NCBI GenBank assembly: GCA_050952625.1 | Contig: JBMNLH010000004.1 | Span: 128,001-192,000, forward strand | DNA from: Bacillota bacterium | GTDB lineage: Bacteria > Bacillota > Ch66 > Ch109 | Length of the DNA stretch: 64,000 bases | Direction: 5' to 3' | Notes under the pieces: model-generated | What the model was told of the DNA's origin: nothing | Seen by the model: the letters and a program-made list of their open reading frames with translations, nothing else | Database searches by the model: none | Made by a program: the position numbers and the translations under genes | Shown here: one piece after another, positions 37,466-47,439 of the stretch | How the letters are laid out: the number at the start of each line of letters is the position of its first letter | Position numbering within the stretch: the stretch's first letter is position 1

Positions 37466-38095
37466 ATGAATCTGACCGACAGCTCACGTATCCGCGTACA
37501 TATGGATGATCCCCTAGTATTAACGCGTATCACTGACACCCTATGTAGTCATTTTGCGCAAATGAATCCCGGTTGGCTAAACCCCACCCTAGTTGTTTGT
37601 ATCGGAACTGATCGATCTACCGGGGACAGTCTCGGGCCGCTGGTTGGAACCCGCCTCCATAATTTAAGATCTAATCTTTTTGAGATTTATGGCACTCTCG
37701 AGGCGCCCGTCCATGCCAGCAACCTGGTAGAAACGATGGAAAAATTTAGAAAGTATCCCTCACCCTTTATTCTGGCTGTGGATGCCTGTTTGGGAAGACT
37801 AGATAGCGTCGGCTATATTTCGATTGGTCGCGGCCCCCTCCGTCCCGGGGCTGGGGTGAGTAAAGAGTTGCCTCCGATCGGTGACATGAATATTTCCGGA
37901 ATCGTCAATGTCGGCGGTTACCTGGAATTTATGGTCTTACAGAATACCCGGCTGAGCCTGGTAATGAAAATGGCTGACTTGATTGCTAGCAGTATTTACT
38001 ATGCGATCAGGAAATTTACTAAATCAGTATCCTGGCAGCCATCCCCGTCAACCGCCGCCGTAAACCCCTACGCAAAACAAATCCAAATTAGTTGA
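37466..38095 (+). CDS. yyaC: Spore protease YyaC
   Basis: CIGTDRSTGDSLGPLVG, VDACLG and LQNTRLSLV motifs. Confidence 0.95.
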   Translation: MNLTDSSRIRVHMDDPLVLTRITDTLCSHFAQMNPGWLNPTLVVCIGTDRSTGDSLGPLVGTRLHNLRSNLFEIYGTLEAPVHASNLVETMEKFRKYPSPFILAVDACLGRLDSVGYISIGRGPLRPGAGVSKELPPIGDMNISGIVNVGGYLEFMVLQNTRLSLVMKMADLIASSIYYAIRKFTKSVSWQPSPSTAAVNPYAKQIQIS

Positions 38096-38162
38096 CCGCT
38101 GCTATATATAAAACAATGCCCTAGACCGGGTTATCTGGCCATAGGGCATCAGTTTTTTCAAT

Positions 38163-38564
38163 TCACTTCTGCTCAACTTCCCCGATTGTATCCGTTTCCT
38201 GAGCAGCAGCTTCTTGACCGGGTGACCCCATCAGGCAGCGGCCTCGGTACTGAGCACCTTCCGCAATCACCAAGGTCTGTGTTTCCAAATCACCCTCCAA
38301 TCGCCCGGTTTGGGTGATTTCTAATCTGCCAAAGGCCCGAATGTTACCAATAACCTCGCCGGCTACCAGGAGGTTATTTACCACCAGGTTCCCCTGGATC
38401 TTTCCGGTTTCGCCAACAAAAACATCACCTTTGGCTTCTATTTCTCCGCGGAGGGTTCCTTCTATCCGTAAAGAACCCTCGGTAATGATTAACCCCTCGA
38501 TCATAATATCTTTTCCTATTAGGCTGCCAATCTTGTTAGATTTAATCCTCCTTTTTCGTAACAA
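38163..38564 (-). CDS. Bactofilin (polymer-forming cytoskeletal protein)
   Basis: Repeating beta-helix pattern (LRIEG...GEV.GNI...LVIAEGA). Typical partner of an M23 peptidase. Confidence 0.9.
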   Translation of the reverse strand: MLRKRRIKSNKIGSLIGKDIMIEGLIITEGSLRIEGTLRGEIEAKGDVFVGETGKIQGNLVVNNLLVAGEVIGNIRAFGRLEITQTGRLEGDLETQTLVIAEGAQYRGRCLMGSPGQEAAAQETDTIGEVEQK

Positions 38565-38668
38565 AGGCTGATGGCTCCTTTCAATTATTTAATTAATATT
38601 AGTAAGTAACACGTATATTGTTGTTTGTGTTATTTTCGTTGGTGGTTGTGCCTAACGGACATGAGCGG

Positions 38669-39688
38669 TTAATATGGTAATAATAAGGCCGGATTAATAA
38701 ACTCGCCATTATATTCCAAGGCAAAATGAACATGGGGACCGGTACTACGGCCAGAACTTCCCATAAGGGCTATGATATCCCCTTTCTGCACCTGCTCCCC
38801 CTCTTCTACCAGTAATTAACTATTATGTCCATAGTGCGTTATCATCCCACTGCCGTGATCAATTATCACGGTCCGGCCATAGACCGGTTTAGTATCCGCA
38901 AAAACTACTCTTCCATCACCAGCCGCCTTAATTGGTGTCCCATAAGGTGCAGCCAAGTCAATTCCGGTATGCATTTCCTGCTTTCTCCCAAAAGGTGAGG
39001 TTCTTAAGCCAAAGGCTGAGGTTAACCGTCCTTCTACCGGAGCTTGATTCGGTAATGATCGATAGTACTCTGGATCAGCCTTTACCTGTTGTGTCAACCG
39101 GTCCAAATTGTTTTGGTAGCTTTTTAGGATTTGCGTTAGCTTAGCAAGCTCTTCTTTGATATCCTGACTGACAGCAATATCTCTCTTCTGGTCCAAGGCA
39201 CTGAATTCTAAAGAAGCAACCGGCTCTATAGAATCTGTTCCCCCTCCTTGGCCATATGAAGCAGCCTCTCCTTGTTCTTCGGCTATGCGACTAATCTGAG
39301 ACCCACTCGCTGAATCTGACTCCACTTCCAAACCCATTAGACGTCTTATTTCCTTTTCCTGTTCACCCATTTTCTGAAAACCATCCTTTAATTCCAAGAT
39401 GAACTGCTTAATCGCTTCAGCCTCCTTGATTTGCTCCTGCTGTTCTTGTTTAGCCGCTGCTAGCATTTGATAGTCATCCTGTTTATTCAAAACATAAACC
39501 GACAGACTAAAGATCGCGAAAAGGAGAAAACAAAAGCCGACTCCACTGGCAATGAGGGCCCAAAAAGGTAACCGTAGGCTTTTCGGTGAATCAGCTGTAT
39601 GGGGAATTAACCAAAGGGTTACGTGTTGGGGCCATTTTCTTCTTAAAGGCAAAAAAATCACCACCGTAAAGTATCTTAAGCTTAGCAA
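38669..39688 (-). pseudogene. M23 metallopeptidase with an in-frame TAA at 38816-38818
   Basis: HTGID...[36 protein letters not shown]...INP. The same frame continues to a TAA at 38669. Confidence 0.85.
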
Positions 39689-39932
39689 TGTAATATCTAG
39701 TCAGTATTCACAAAGCACTTGTTGCGAAGGATCTTGATGCGCAATATTCTACATTACCCATAAGTACTCCTTCTTTTGGGCTAATTCCTAGGTAGAAGAA
39801 AAATTGACTTAATTGATCTACTTGTTAATTATTATCATAACTTATTTATTAACTCATGAGAGACCATAAAGCAACAAAATATTCCTCAATAGTTTGAATA
39901 ATGGATAATTTGAGAAAAAAATCCTAGGACTT

Positions 39933-39962
39933 TAAAGGATTTTTCAGCATAGTGTCGAAATT
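39933..39962 (+). promoter_or_regulatory. Putative sigma-H-like promoter / Spo0A box upstream of the riboswitch
   Basis: AAAGGAT...TGTCGAAA (AGGA-17-GAA). Confidence 0.45.
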
Positions 39963-40017
39963 CTAAAATGATACATTTTAATAACAGTCTCGTAAATTAT
40001 CAAAATCAAAATGCTGA

Positions 40018-40107
40018 ATAATGGGCAAGGCATTCGAAAGAATGCTCACGCAAAGCTACGGGTCTAAGGTATTAGTCTCCGCTAATACTATGATAGCCGG
40101 GTTGCCA
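40018..40107 (+). ncRNA. c-di-GMP-I (GEMM) riboswitch
   Basis: GGGCAA-gcattc-GAAA-gaatgc-ACGCAAAGCTACGGGTCTAA...ATGATAGCCGGGTTGCC matches the GEMM consensus. Confidence 0.9.
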
Positions 40108-40136
40108 TGAAGTCAGATCGGTTTCATGAAATCCAA

Positions 40137-40168
40137 GGTCTGCAAATTGGCAGGCCTATATTTTTTTA
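40137..40168 (+). terminator. Riboswitch expression-platform terminator
   Basis: ggtctgc-aaattg-gcaggcc followed by tatattttttt. Confidence 0.75.
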
Positions 40169-40309
40169 TAAAAATATAAAAAGTTAAAAAACAGAGAGGG
40201 GTGATATTGTATTGACCCTTTGTATTCCTTTAGGTTTTCTAGGTTTTTTTATGGGTTTAAAACGTACATATTTAATCAAACCAAAAATCAATGACTGGGG
40301 GTTTGGATA

Positions 40310-41443
40310 ATGAATATCATGGAAGCCTTTCGACATTACGCTGAGTTTTTAGTTCAGACCTACGAGCAAGAGTGCATTTACTTTACCGCGGACCTAGAGA
40401 AGTACACATTTGTGGCTGATCGTAACTTCGACCTTGAAGGGGTTAAAGAAGGGGAACGCCTGATTGAAGGCGGTATCTTTCAAAAGGCCATGCAGGAAAA
40501 ACGAGAGATGACCGGTACAGTGGAGCGAAACGTATATGGCAAACGTTTTAAATATTGGGTTAAGCCTTTCATTGAAGATGGAGAGGTCAAGGGATGTTAT
40601 GGGGTAATGGTGCATAAACTGCATCGAGTCGCTCGCGCCTTTCCTGATTTTGCAGAACCATTAGCCGAGGCTTTTCCAGAAGGGGCTTTCTTTACTGTTA
40701 CCGATTTGGAAAAGATAATTCTCCGCCAAGGCTCGAAGAAATTTGATATCCCCACCCTTCAAGTAGGCGACAAGTTCGATCAAAATGGTATTGCTGCTGA
40801 ATGCATTAGAACCGGCAAAGCATTAGCTAAGGATATTGATGCTAGTGTCTACGGCGTAGCTTTAAGAGGAATCTGCGTCCCGCTAATTGACCCGGACGAT
40901 AAGCAAATCGTCGGTACTTTTGGTCTAAATATACCGGTTGCCCTCTCGCAGAATTTACAGGACCTGTCTGTAAACCTGAGTTCCACTATCCAACAAGTTG
41001 CTTCCGCCATGGAGGAGATGGCTGCTTCAGCTAACGACATCTCGCTTAATGAAAGCCGGTTAGCTGAACGAATTAGTGAAGTAGCTAATATATCGGTTGA
41101 GATTAATGAAGTGTTGGACTTTATTAAGAACGTAGCGGATCAGACTAAAATGCTCGGTTTAAATGCCGCTATCGAAGCGGCTCGAGCTGGTGAGCACGGA
41201 CGCGGCTTTGGGGTGGTAGCGGAAGAGATCCGTAAATTAAGTGACCAGTCCAAAGAGACTGCGGACCAGATACGTCAGTTAATCAGAGAAATAGATAATA
41301 AAATTGGCTTCATTAAAGAGGCTTCTCAAGGTACATTCAAACAAAGCCAGGAGCAGGCTGCTGCCACCGAAGAGGTTACTGCTTCGGCCAATGAAATTAC
41401 ATACATAGTTGAAAAATTAGCGGAAACAGCCCGTTCGCTGTAG
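40310..41443 (+). CDS. Soluble methyl-accepting chemotaxis protein with duplicated N-terminal sensor
   Basis: [33 protein letters not shown] signalling tip, no TM, repeated TADLEKY / VTDLEKI modules. Confidence 0.9.
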   Translation: MNIMEAFRHYAEFLVQTYEQECIYFTADLEKYTFVADRNFDLEGVKEGERLIEGGIFQKAMQEKREMTGTVERNVYGKRFKYWVKPFIEDGEVKGCYGVMVHKLHRVARAFPDFAEPLAEAFPEGAFFTVTDLEKIILRQGSKKFDIPTLQVGDKFDQNGIAAECIRTGKALAKDIDASVYGVALRGICVPLIDPDDKQIVGTFGLNIPVALSQNLQDLSVNLSSTIQQVASAMEEMAASANDISLNESRLAERISEVANISVEINEVLDFIKNVADQTKMLGLNAAIEAARAGEHGRGFGVVAEEIRKLSDQSKETADQIRQLIREIDNKIGFIKEASQGTFKQSQEQAAATEEVTASANEITYIVEKLAETARSL

Positions 41444-41487
41444 ACTGCCATCTGCTTATCAGTACCAGCGGAACGGGAAAAATCGAT

Positions 41488-41577
41488 CGCGTCTGTTTAA
41501 CGAGGGTCAGCGATTGGCGATTTACATTATTTTTTCGTTCCCAGTCGTGCCGGCTGACCGAGTTAACCCATAAGCGT
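41488..41577. repeat. Short (internally deleted) family A copy
   Basis: tgtttaacgagggtcagcgattggcgatttacattattttttcgttcccagtc...gctgaccgagttaa. Confidence 0.8.
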
Positions 41578-41716
41578 ACAACTTCAAAGATTAGGCAGGA
41601 GGGGGGCAACACCCCCCTTTATTTCATCCTTGTTTCCCGGACAATATTGAACCCGGTTAAAGTTTTGCCTATAGTTAGAGCAAGACAGCCGCATTTATAG
41701 CTAAGGAGATTTTGAT

Positions 41717-43090
41717 ATGCGCATTGCCTACTTTGATTGCTTTGGCGGGATCAGCGGTGACATGTGCCTCGGGGCTTTAGTTGATTTGGGAATTGATTTA
41801 AAGGAATTGGAACACCTGCTCAAGCAGGCCGGGCTTACCGGCTTTCGTCTGGATGCTCATTCAGTGCAACGTCAAGGAATCGGTGCCACCCAGGTAATCG
41901 TTGAACAGCAAGAACTTTCACCGCCAGCCCGAGGGTTAAGTCAGATTCAAAGAATAATTACTGACAGCCTATTCCCCCAGCGGGTTAAGGACCTATCTCT
42001 GAGGGTTTTTCAGCGTCTGGCTGAGGCTGAAGGCCAAGTCCACCGAGTTCCGCCAGAAAAGGTTCATTTCCACGAAGTTGGAGCAATTGATGCAATAGTC
42101 GATATCGTCGGGACTGTCTACGGCCTTGAGTTATTAGGGATTGAAAAAATATACGCCTCTGCTCTACCCATGGGAAAGGGACCGATCATCTGTCAACATG
42201 GGATTTTGCCTAACCCCGCCCCGGCGACTTTGGATCTTTGTCAAGGCATCCCCTTATATGATGCCGGGGTAGAGGGGGAATTAGTGACCCCGACCGGAGC
42301 AGCCTTGATTACTACACTGACTGGTCAATTCGGCCACTTTCCCGAAGTCAAAGTAACGAAGGTTGGCTACGGAGCTGGCAGTAAAGAACTTCCTTTAGCT
42401 AATGTCTTACGTCTTTGGATTGGGGATTTGGTAGAAAACGAAAACAACGGAATTAACCGAGATTACCACAAACCAAGTCAACCAGGTAGTCTGCAACTAG
42501 ACCTGCTGCTTGAAAAAATAGGACAAGAAAACCTCGAGGGGCATAGGTCCTCCACTCCCTTTTCCCTCGAGATAAATAATACCCAAGCTGTTCCTTCCCA
42601 CCCCAGCTTCCAGATTGAAGATGTTTGTCTGCTGGAATGCGCCATTGACGATATGAATCCGGAGTGGTACACCCATCTCCGACCACGCTTAGAGCAAGCT
42701 GGAGCCTTAGATGTTGTGTTTCGACAAGTCCACATGAAAAAAGGCCGCCCTGGTTTGGAGTTGTGTGTCCTAGCCAAGGAGGCCGCTGTCCCTCGAATTG
42801 TCCAGATTGTTTTGGGTGAAACCACTACCCTGGGAATTAGGTTGCGCAATGAAAAAAGACTGTCTATCCCGCGAGAATCAGTTAAACTAGATACACCATG
42901 GGGACCGATTGAAGTCAAATGGACCTGGGCACCAAGCGAAAGTGGAGAGTGGTATCGACGTGGTAAACTAGAGTTTGAATCGTGCCGGCACTTAGCTAAA
43001 AAGCTCAATCTTCCCTTGCCAGATCTGTACGCCCGATTAACTGGTTACCTAATGTCTGCCTATAAGATTACTCCGACGCCACAACCCTAA
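41717..43090 (+). CDS. larC: Nickel-pincer cofactor biosynthesis protein LarC
   Basis: YFDCFGGISGDM, VHFHEVGAIDAIVDI, ELVTPTGAA, IDDMNPE, MKKGRPG and ETTTLGIR motifs. Confidence 0.92.
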   Translation: MRIAYFDCFGGISGDMCLGALVDLGIDLKELEHLLKQAGLTGFRLDAHSVQRQGIGATQVIVEQQELSPPARGLSQIQRIITDSLFPQRVKDLSLRVFQRLAEAEGQVHRVPPEKVHFHEVGAIDAIVDIVGTVYGLELLGIEKIYASALPMGKGPIICQHGILPNPAPATLDLCQGIPLYDAGVEGELVTPTGAALITTLTGQFGHFPEVKVTKVGYGAGSKELPLANVLRLWIGDLVENENNGINRDYHKPSQPGSLQLDLLLEKIGQENLEGHRSSTPFSLEINNTQAVPSHPSFQIEDVCLLECAIDDMNPEWYTHLRPRLEQAGALDVVFRQVHMKKGRPGLELCVLAKEAAVPRIVQIVLGETTTLGIRLRNEKRLSIPRESVKLDTPWGPIEVKWTWAPSESGEWYRRGKLEFESCRHLAKKLNLPLPDLYARLTGYLMSAYKITPTPQP

Positions 43091-43227
43091 TCTTGGCCCT
43101 TTCCGGCACTGATGCCACTTTAGCATCAGCATATTCAGACAGCCGTCAAGCCTGGCCTTCACGGCGACTATCAAGGTATCCGGTAAACAGCATCAGTATA
43201 TTCAGGCAGCACCTAGGGTGGCGTTGA

Positions 43228-43425
43228 CTATTTCGTTGGTGCGGCATCTTCCTCGCTCGACAGCGATTTCTTGGCTCCCGGCAAACGCCCGGCCCGTTGG
43301 GCTGCCTCACGCAGCAAAAACTCAATCTGGGCATTAACACTGCGAAACTCATCGGCGGCCCAACGTTCCAAGACTTCATACAGTTTAGGATTAACCCTGA
43401 GCAGGAAACTCTTCTTGTTACTCAT
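43228..43425 (-). CDS. Arc/ribbon-helix-helix DNA-binding protein
   Basis: KKSFLLRVNPKLY...WAADEFRSVNAQIEFLL. Common partner of SPFH genes. Confidence 0.85.
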   Translation of the reverse strand: MSNKKSFLLRVNPKLYEVLERWAADEFRSVNAQIEFLLREAAQRAGRLPGAKKSLSSEEDAAPTK

Positions 43426-43440
43426 GGCAGCCCTTCACCA

Positions 43441-44283
43441 TTAATACAAACTGCCGGTATTAATTACCGGTTGCGCCGCTCGATCTGAAACTATCGCCAC
43501 CATCAGATTATTGATCATGGCCACCTTACGTTCCTCATCTAATTCTACAATCCCTTCCTGCTGCAATTGAGCAATGGCCATTTGCGCCATACCTACTGCC
43601 CCTTCAACAATAATCTGTCGGGCTGCTAGAATTGCTGAGGCCTGCTGCCGTTGGAGCATGGCACTGGCAATCTCAGTGGCATAGGCGAGATGAGTTAAAC
43701 GTGCTTCAACTACCTCGACCCCGGCAACAGCAAGACGGCTCTGGAGTTCGCGAGCCAACTCAGCGGCCACTTCTTCCGCATTTCCCCGCAACGAATAACC
43801 GGCTGTCTCAAAGTTGTCGTAGGGGTACTTAGTTGCGACATGCCGCAAAGCGGTCTCACTTTGAATTTCCACAAACTTTTCGTAATCATCAACATCGAAT
43901 ACGGCCTTAGCTGAATCAATTACTCGAAAAACGACTACCGCGGCAATCTCGATCGGATTTCCGGCAACGTCATTTACTTTCAACATCTTGCTATTGAAAT
44001 TTCGCACCCGTAAGGATACTTTTTTATGAACGGTAAAAGGTACCGTCAGCCAGACCCCACTTTCCCGGACACTGCCGATATAACGGCCAAAGAAGGTCAC
44101 TACCTTAGCTTGGTTTGGCTGAACAATAACAAATCCACTGGATAATACGATGATGGGCACTAACAGAATAACTCCCGTCACGATTTCTTTAGTGCTGAAA
44201 CAATAGATATCCAGCCCTAATAAAATCAAGCCCAGGACAATCGATAAAAATCCATTTACCTTCCAAGCCTTTTGTTCGACCAT
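43441..44283 (-). CDS. SPFH/band-7 domain membrane protein
   Basis: Two TMs, KVND..GNPIEIAAVVV and LAYATEIA.AML.RQQA motifs. Confidence 0.92.
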   Translation of the reverse strand: MVEQKAWKVNGFLSIVLGLILLGLDIYCFSTKEIVTGVILLVPIIVLSSGFVIVQPNQAKVVTFFGRYIGSVRESGVWLTVPFTVHKKVSLRVRNFNSKMLKVNDVAGNPIEIAAVVVFRVIDSAKAVFDVDDYEKFVEIQSETALRHVATKYPYDNFETAGYSLRGNAEEVAAELARELQSRLAVAGVEVVEARLTHLAYATEIASAMLQRQQASAILAARQIIVEGAVGMAQMAIAQLQQEGIVELDEERKVAMINNLMVAIVSDRAAQPVINTGSLY

Positions 44284-44373
44284 GATTCAACCCCCCTTAA
44301 ATATTTCTAAGATATTAATATGATATCAATTATGTTTAAAACTGTAAAAGGTAAATTAAGGATAGTTTGGAAT

Positions 44374-44445
44374 TGAACTTTGTTATGCTTTGACTTTGGG
44401 TGCTTGAGGCTTCAGATAGAGACTCTGCTCTAGCTGAAGCTTTCA
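44374..44445. repeat. Degenerate family B copy
   Basis: ttgaac...gaggcttcagatagagactctgctctagctgaag. Confidence 0.6.
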
Positions 44446-44516
44446 ACAATGACTTCGCCATTGTCCTGGTCGGAATACGATTGTTCGTGTTTTCCTACCC
44501 ACTGCATATTGCTAAA

Positions 44517-44532
44517 TGTTCCACGTGGAACA
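44517..44532. promoter_or_regulatory. parS centromere site
   Basis: Perfect TGTTCCACGTGGAACA. Confidence 0.95.
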
Positions 44533-44639
44533 TTTTGTATAGATTAATTTAGAATATTTTAAACCTAGACAAACATTATAGAGAACAAAAAACTTGTTAT
44601 GGTTGCGCCAAAGGTTATGGCGTATCATAAAAAAGGCAA

Positions 44640-44655
44640 TGTTCCACGTGGAACA
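44640..44655. promoter_or_regulatory. parS centromere site inside a 26-bp palindrome (44635-44660)
   Basis: GGCAA-TGTTCCACGTGGAACA-TTGCC. Confidence 0.95.
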
Positions 44656-44678
44656 TTGCCCTCGCAATTGGCTTCTCT

Positions 44679-45593
44679 CTATTTAATGTCCAGAAGTTCT
44701 CGAATTCGCTCTAAATCTTCTAGATCATAAAATTCAATTTCAATAAGTCCTCGGCCTTCGCCTGACCATTTTAATTTAACTCGGGTGCCTAATTTATCCC
44801 GAAGCTTATCTTCAAAAAAAGTCATTTCTGGTGTTATTTTTTCTGGCTCCACATTCCCTGATTGAGTAGATTTTCGCTTGCGTGAATTGCCCTTGCCCTC
44901 ATTTCTTTGTTGCTCCGCTGATTGAGGTATCAATTCAGGCTGTGGTCGTTGCACCAATTTTTCAGTTTCCCTGACCGTCAATCCCTTTTCAACTATCTCA
45001 TTACCCATCCGCTCTCTTTCTTGGACATCGCTTACCCCCAACAAAACCTTGGCATGGCCTATGGTTAAAACCCCTTGTTTAATGCGTTCCTTTAATTGAT
45101 CAGATAAGCCAAGCAAACGCATAGCATTAGCAATATACGACCGGCTTTTGCCCATTCGCTTAGCTAAGCTTTCCTGAGTAAACCCATATTCCTGAATCAA
45201 CTGGCGGTAAGCTTCGGCTTCTTCCAATGGGTTTAATTCCTCACGCTGGAGGTTCTCGACCAAAGATATTTCTCTGGCCTCCACTTCCTTCACTTCTTTA
45301 ATGACCGCGGGAATCTTGTCCAAACCCAGCATCATACAGGCCCGCCAGCGCCGTTCACCAGCAATTAATTGGTAACGCTCTTTATCGAGCGGTCTAACCA
45401 CAATCGGTTGAACTATCCCGTGTTCGCGAATTGAGGCGGCTAATTCTGATAATTTCTCATCCTCAAAAAATTTCCGAGGTTGATAAGCACTAGCTTCAAT
45501 ATTGTTAACCGGCAGCTCTGTCACTAAATCCTCGCTTTTGCTTGCCCCGGGCAGTAAAGCCTCAAGACCTCTACCTAAAGCACGTTTAACCAT
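44679..45593 (-). CDS. parB: ParB/Spo0J chromosome partitioning protein
   Basis: ALGRGLEAL, QPRK.F, IAGERRWRA and ENLQRE motifs. Confidence 0.97.
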   Translation of the reverse strand: MVKRALGRGLEALLPGASKSEDLVTELPVNNIEASAYQPRKFFEDEKLSELAASIREHGIVQPIVVRPLDKERYQLIAGERRWRACMMLGLDKIPAVIKEVKEVEAREISLVENLQREELNPLEEAEAYRQLIQEYGFTQESLAKRMGKSRSYIANAMRLLGLSDQLKERIKQGVLTIGHAKVLLGVSDVQERERMGNEIVEKGLTVRETEKLVQRPQPELIPQSAEQQRNEGKGNSRKRKSTQSGNVEPEKITPEMTFFEDKLRDKLGTRVKLKWSGEGRGLIEIEFYDLEDLERIRELLDIK

Positions 45594-46347
45594 TGCGAAT
45601 CACTTCCCCTGCTAGTTCATTATACATTTCCGCCCCCCGGGATCGGCCATCATATAAGATAATCGGTTGTCCGTAACTGGGGGCCTCACTCAATCGAACA
45701 TTTCGAGGAATAACACTACTAAATACCTTATCCTTAAAAAACTCCTTGACTTCTTCCACTACTTGAATACTGAGATTCGTTCGAGCATCAAACATAGTTA
45801 ACAATACTCCCTCTAAATCCAGGTTGGGATTTAAATGTTTACGTACTAATTGAACTGTGTGCATTAATTGGCCAAGTCCCTCTAAAGCGTAATACTCACA
45901 TTGAATAGGGATTAACAACCGGTCTGAAGCAGCTAAAGCATTTAGGGTTAGGAGCCCTAAAGATGGTGGACAATCAATTAAAATGTAGTCATATTTGTCT
46001 TTGACCTTTTCTAAAGCGCGCTTCAGTTTACCTTCCCGGGCAATTAAGGAAACCAGTTCAATCTCCGCCCCGGCAAGTTGCAAGGTGGCTGGTACAATTT
46101 GCAGATTGTTAACGTTAGTGGAAAACATAACTTCCTCAATGCCAATGCCGTTAATTAAAACATCATAAATACAGTGTTCGAGCGTCTTGCGATTAATCCC
46201 TAAACCGCTGGTAGCATTACCCTGGGGATCAATATCAATTATCAGCACCTTTTTTCCCGCTTGAGCCAAGCAAGCACCTAGGTTAACCGCAGTCGTTGTC
46301 TTCCCAACGCCTCCCTTTTGGTTGGCAATAGCTATTACCCGCCCCAT
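45586..46347 (-). CDS. parA: ParA/Soj ATPase
   Basis: NQKGGVGKTTT, DPQGNA and DCPPSLG motifs. Confidence 0.97.
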   Translation of the reverse strand: MGRVIAIANQKGGVGKTTTAVNLGACLAQAGKKVLIIDIDPQGNATSGLGINRKTLEHCIYDVLINGIGIEEVMFSTNVNNLQIVPATLQLAGAEIELVSLIAREGKLKRALEKVKDKYDYILIDCPPSLGLLTLNALAASDRLLIPIQCEYYALEGLGQLMHTVQLVRKHLNPNLDLEGVLLTMFDARTNLSIQVVEEVKEFFKDKVFSSVIPRNVRLSEAPSYGQPIILYDGRSRGAEMYNELAGEVIRNG

Positions 46348-46607
46348 AACTTATTCCTCACCTTCCTGATCAAACCATGACTCTGCATCCTTCATTCGAC
46401 ATCTATTTTGAACAACCACCCGTATCAAAGATTTTAAGATTGAAACAACTGTATATTAATAACAAATATTAAAAGACCGGTACCTACCGGCTATATAATT
46501 AACTGAATAGGCATCCGGCTTCCAGTCAACTTAATAATATAGTGTATCGTTTAATCTGACTAGTCATCCTGATGAAAAAGTTAGCTATCAATATAACTTG
46601 TTCCGCT

Positions 46608-46718
46608 TTTTGTTCAGCTTTGCTGACATCGAGACTTCAGATAAAGGCTCTTCTTCAAGACAAAGGCTCCTCCTCATCTGAAGTTTAAGTTAACCCACGT
46701 ATAGAAGCGAGAGTCTGA
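46608..46718. repeat. Degenerate family B copy
   Basis: tgttcagctttgctgacatcgagacttcagat...ctcatctgaag...acccacgtatagaagcgagagtct. Confidence 0.6.
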
Positions 46719-46722
46719 TAAT

Positions 46723-47439
46723 TCAAATTAAAGGCCTTTTAGCCGGTATGCCGACGCGTCTGGGAAAACGAGCCGGCGTATCTTTTATTTTCCGAATCAG
46801 CACTAAACAACGGCCTGGGATTTCTTTTAAGGAGATCCATTCAATTCCTTCGATTCGACCCCCTAATTCCCGAACCCCGTTACTAGCCTCCTTAACCTCT
46901 GCCTCCCCCTCTCTTCCCTTTTGCGCAATAAGCAAACCTCCGCGCTTTAAAAGGGGCAGACAGTATTCAGAAATAATCGCTAGATGCCCAACCGCCCGGC
47001 AAGTAGCATAATCATATGTTTCCCGCCAGCCCGTCATCTTTCCTAATTCTTCAGCCCGACCTACTTTTGCCTGAATTTCGGTTAAGTTTAAACCTTCAAT
47101 ACATTCAGCAATAAACCTCGCCTTTTTACCAACTGTCTCCACTAAGGTGACTTCTAAGTCTGGTCGCACAATTTTCAGGGCCAGTCCTGGGTAACCGGCC
47201 CCGGCCCCGACATCAACCAAGCGACCCGGCCGCTTAATCGCTGAACAACATGTCCAGGAATCAAAAAAGTGCTTAACTAAAATCTCTTCCTCTGTTTTAA
47301 ATGCAGTCAGATTAAATTGTTGATTGGTCTTGATTAAGTTGGTAATAAGCCAATCAATTTGGCTAATTTTATGGTTATCTAGTTCAATTTGTAATTGGTT
47401 CGCCCCCGCCAGCAACATTTCCTTTAGGCGACTATTCAT
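46723..47439 (-). CDS. rsmG: 16S rRNA m7G527 methyltransferase
   Basis: [20 protein letters not shown] and RAEE motifs. ATG at 47439. Confidence 0.95.
   Translation of the reverse strand: MNSRLKEMLLAGANQLQIELDNHKISQIDWLITNLIKTNQQFNLTAFKTEEEILVKHFFDSWTCCSAIKRPGRLVDVGAGAGYPGLALKIVRPDLEVTLVETVGKKARFIAECIEGLNLTEIQAKVGRAEELGKMTGWRETYDYATCRAVGHLAIISEYCLPLLKRGGLLIAQKGREGEAEVKEASNGVRELGGRIEGIEWISLKEIPGRCLVLIRKIKDTPARFPRRVGIPAKRPLI

Noticed and set aside
38816-38818. Selenocysteine/pyrrolysine readthrough in the M23 gene
   Set aside because: The codon is TAA and the position is not a Cys-equivalent site.
42478-43008. 176-aa antisense ORF in larC and other antisense ORFs within housekeeping genes
   Set aside because: They are shadow frames of well-supported genes with no motifs.
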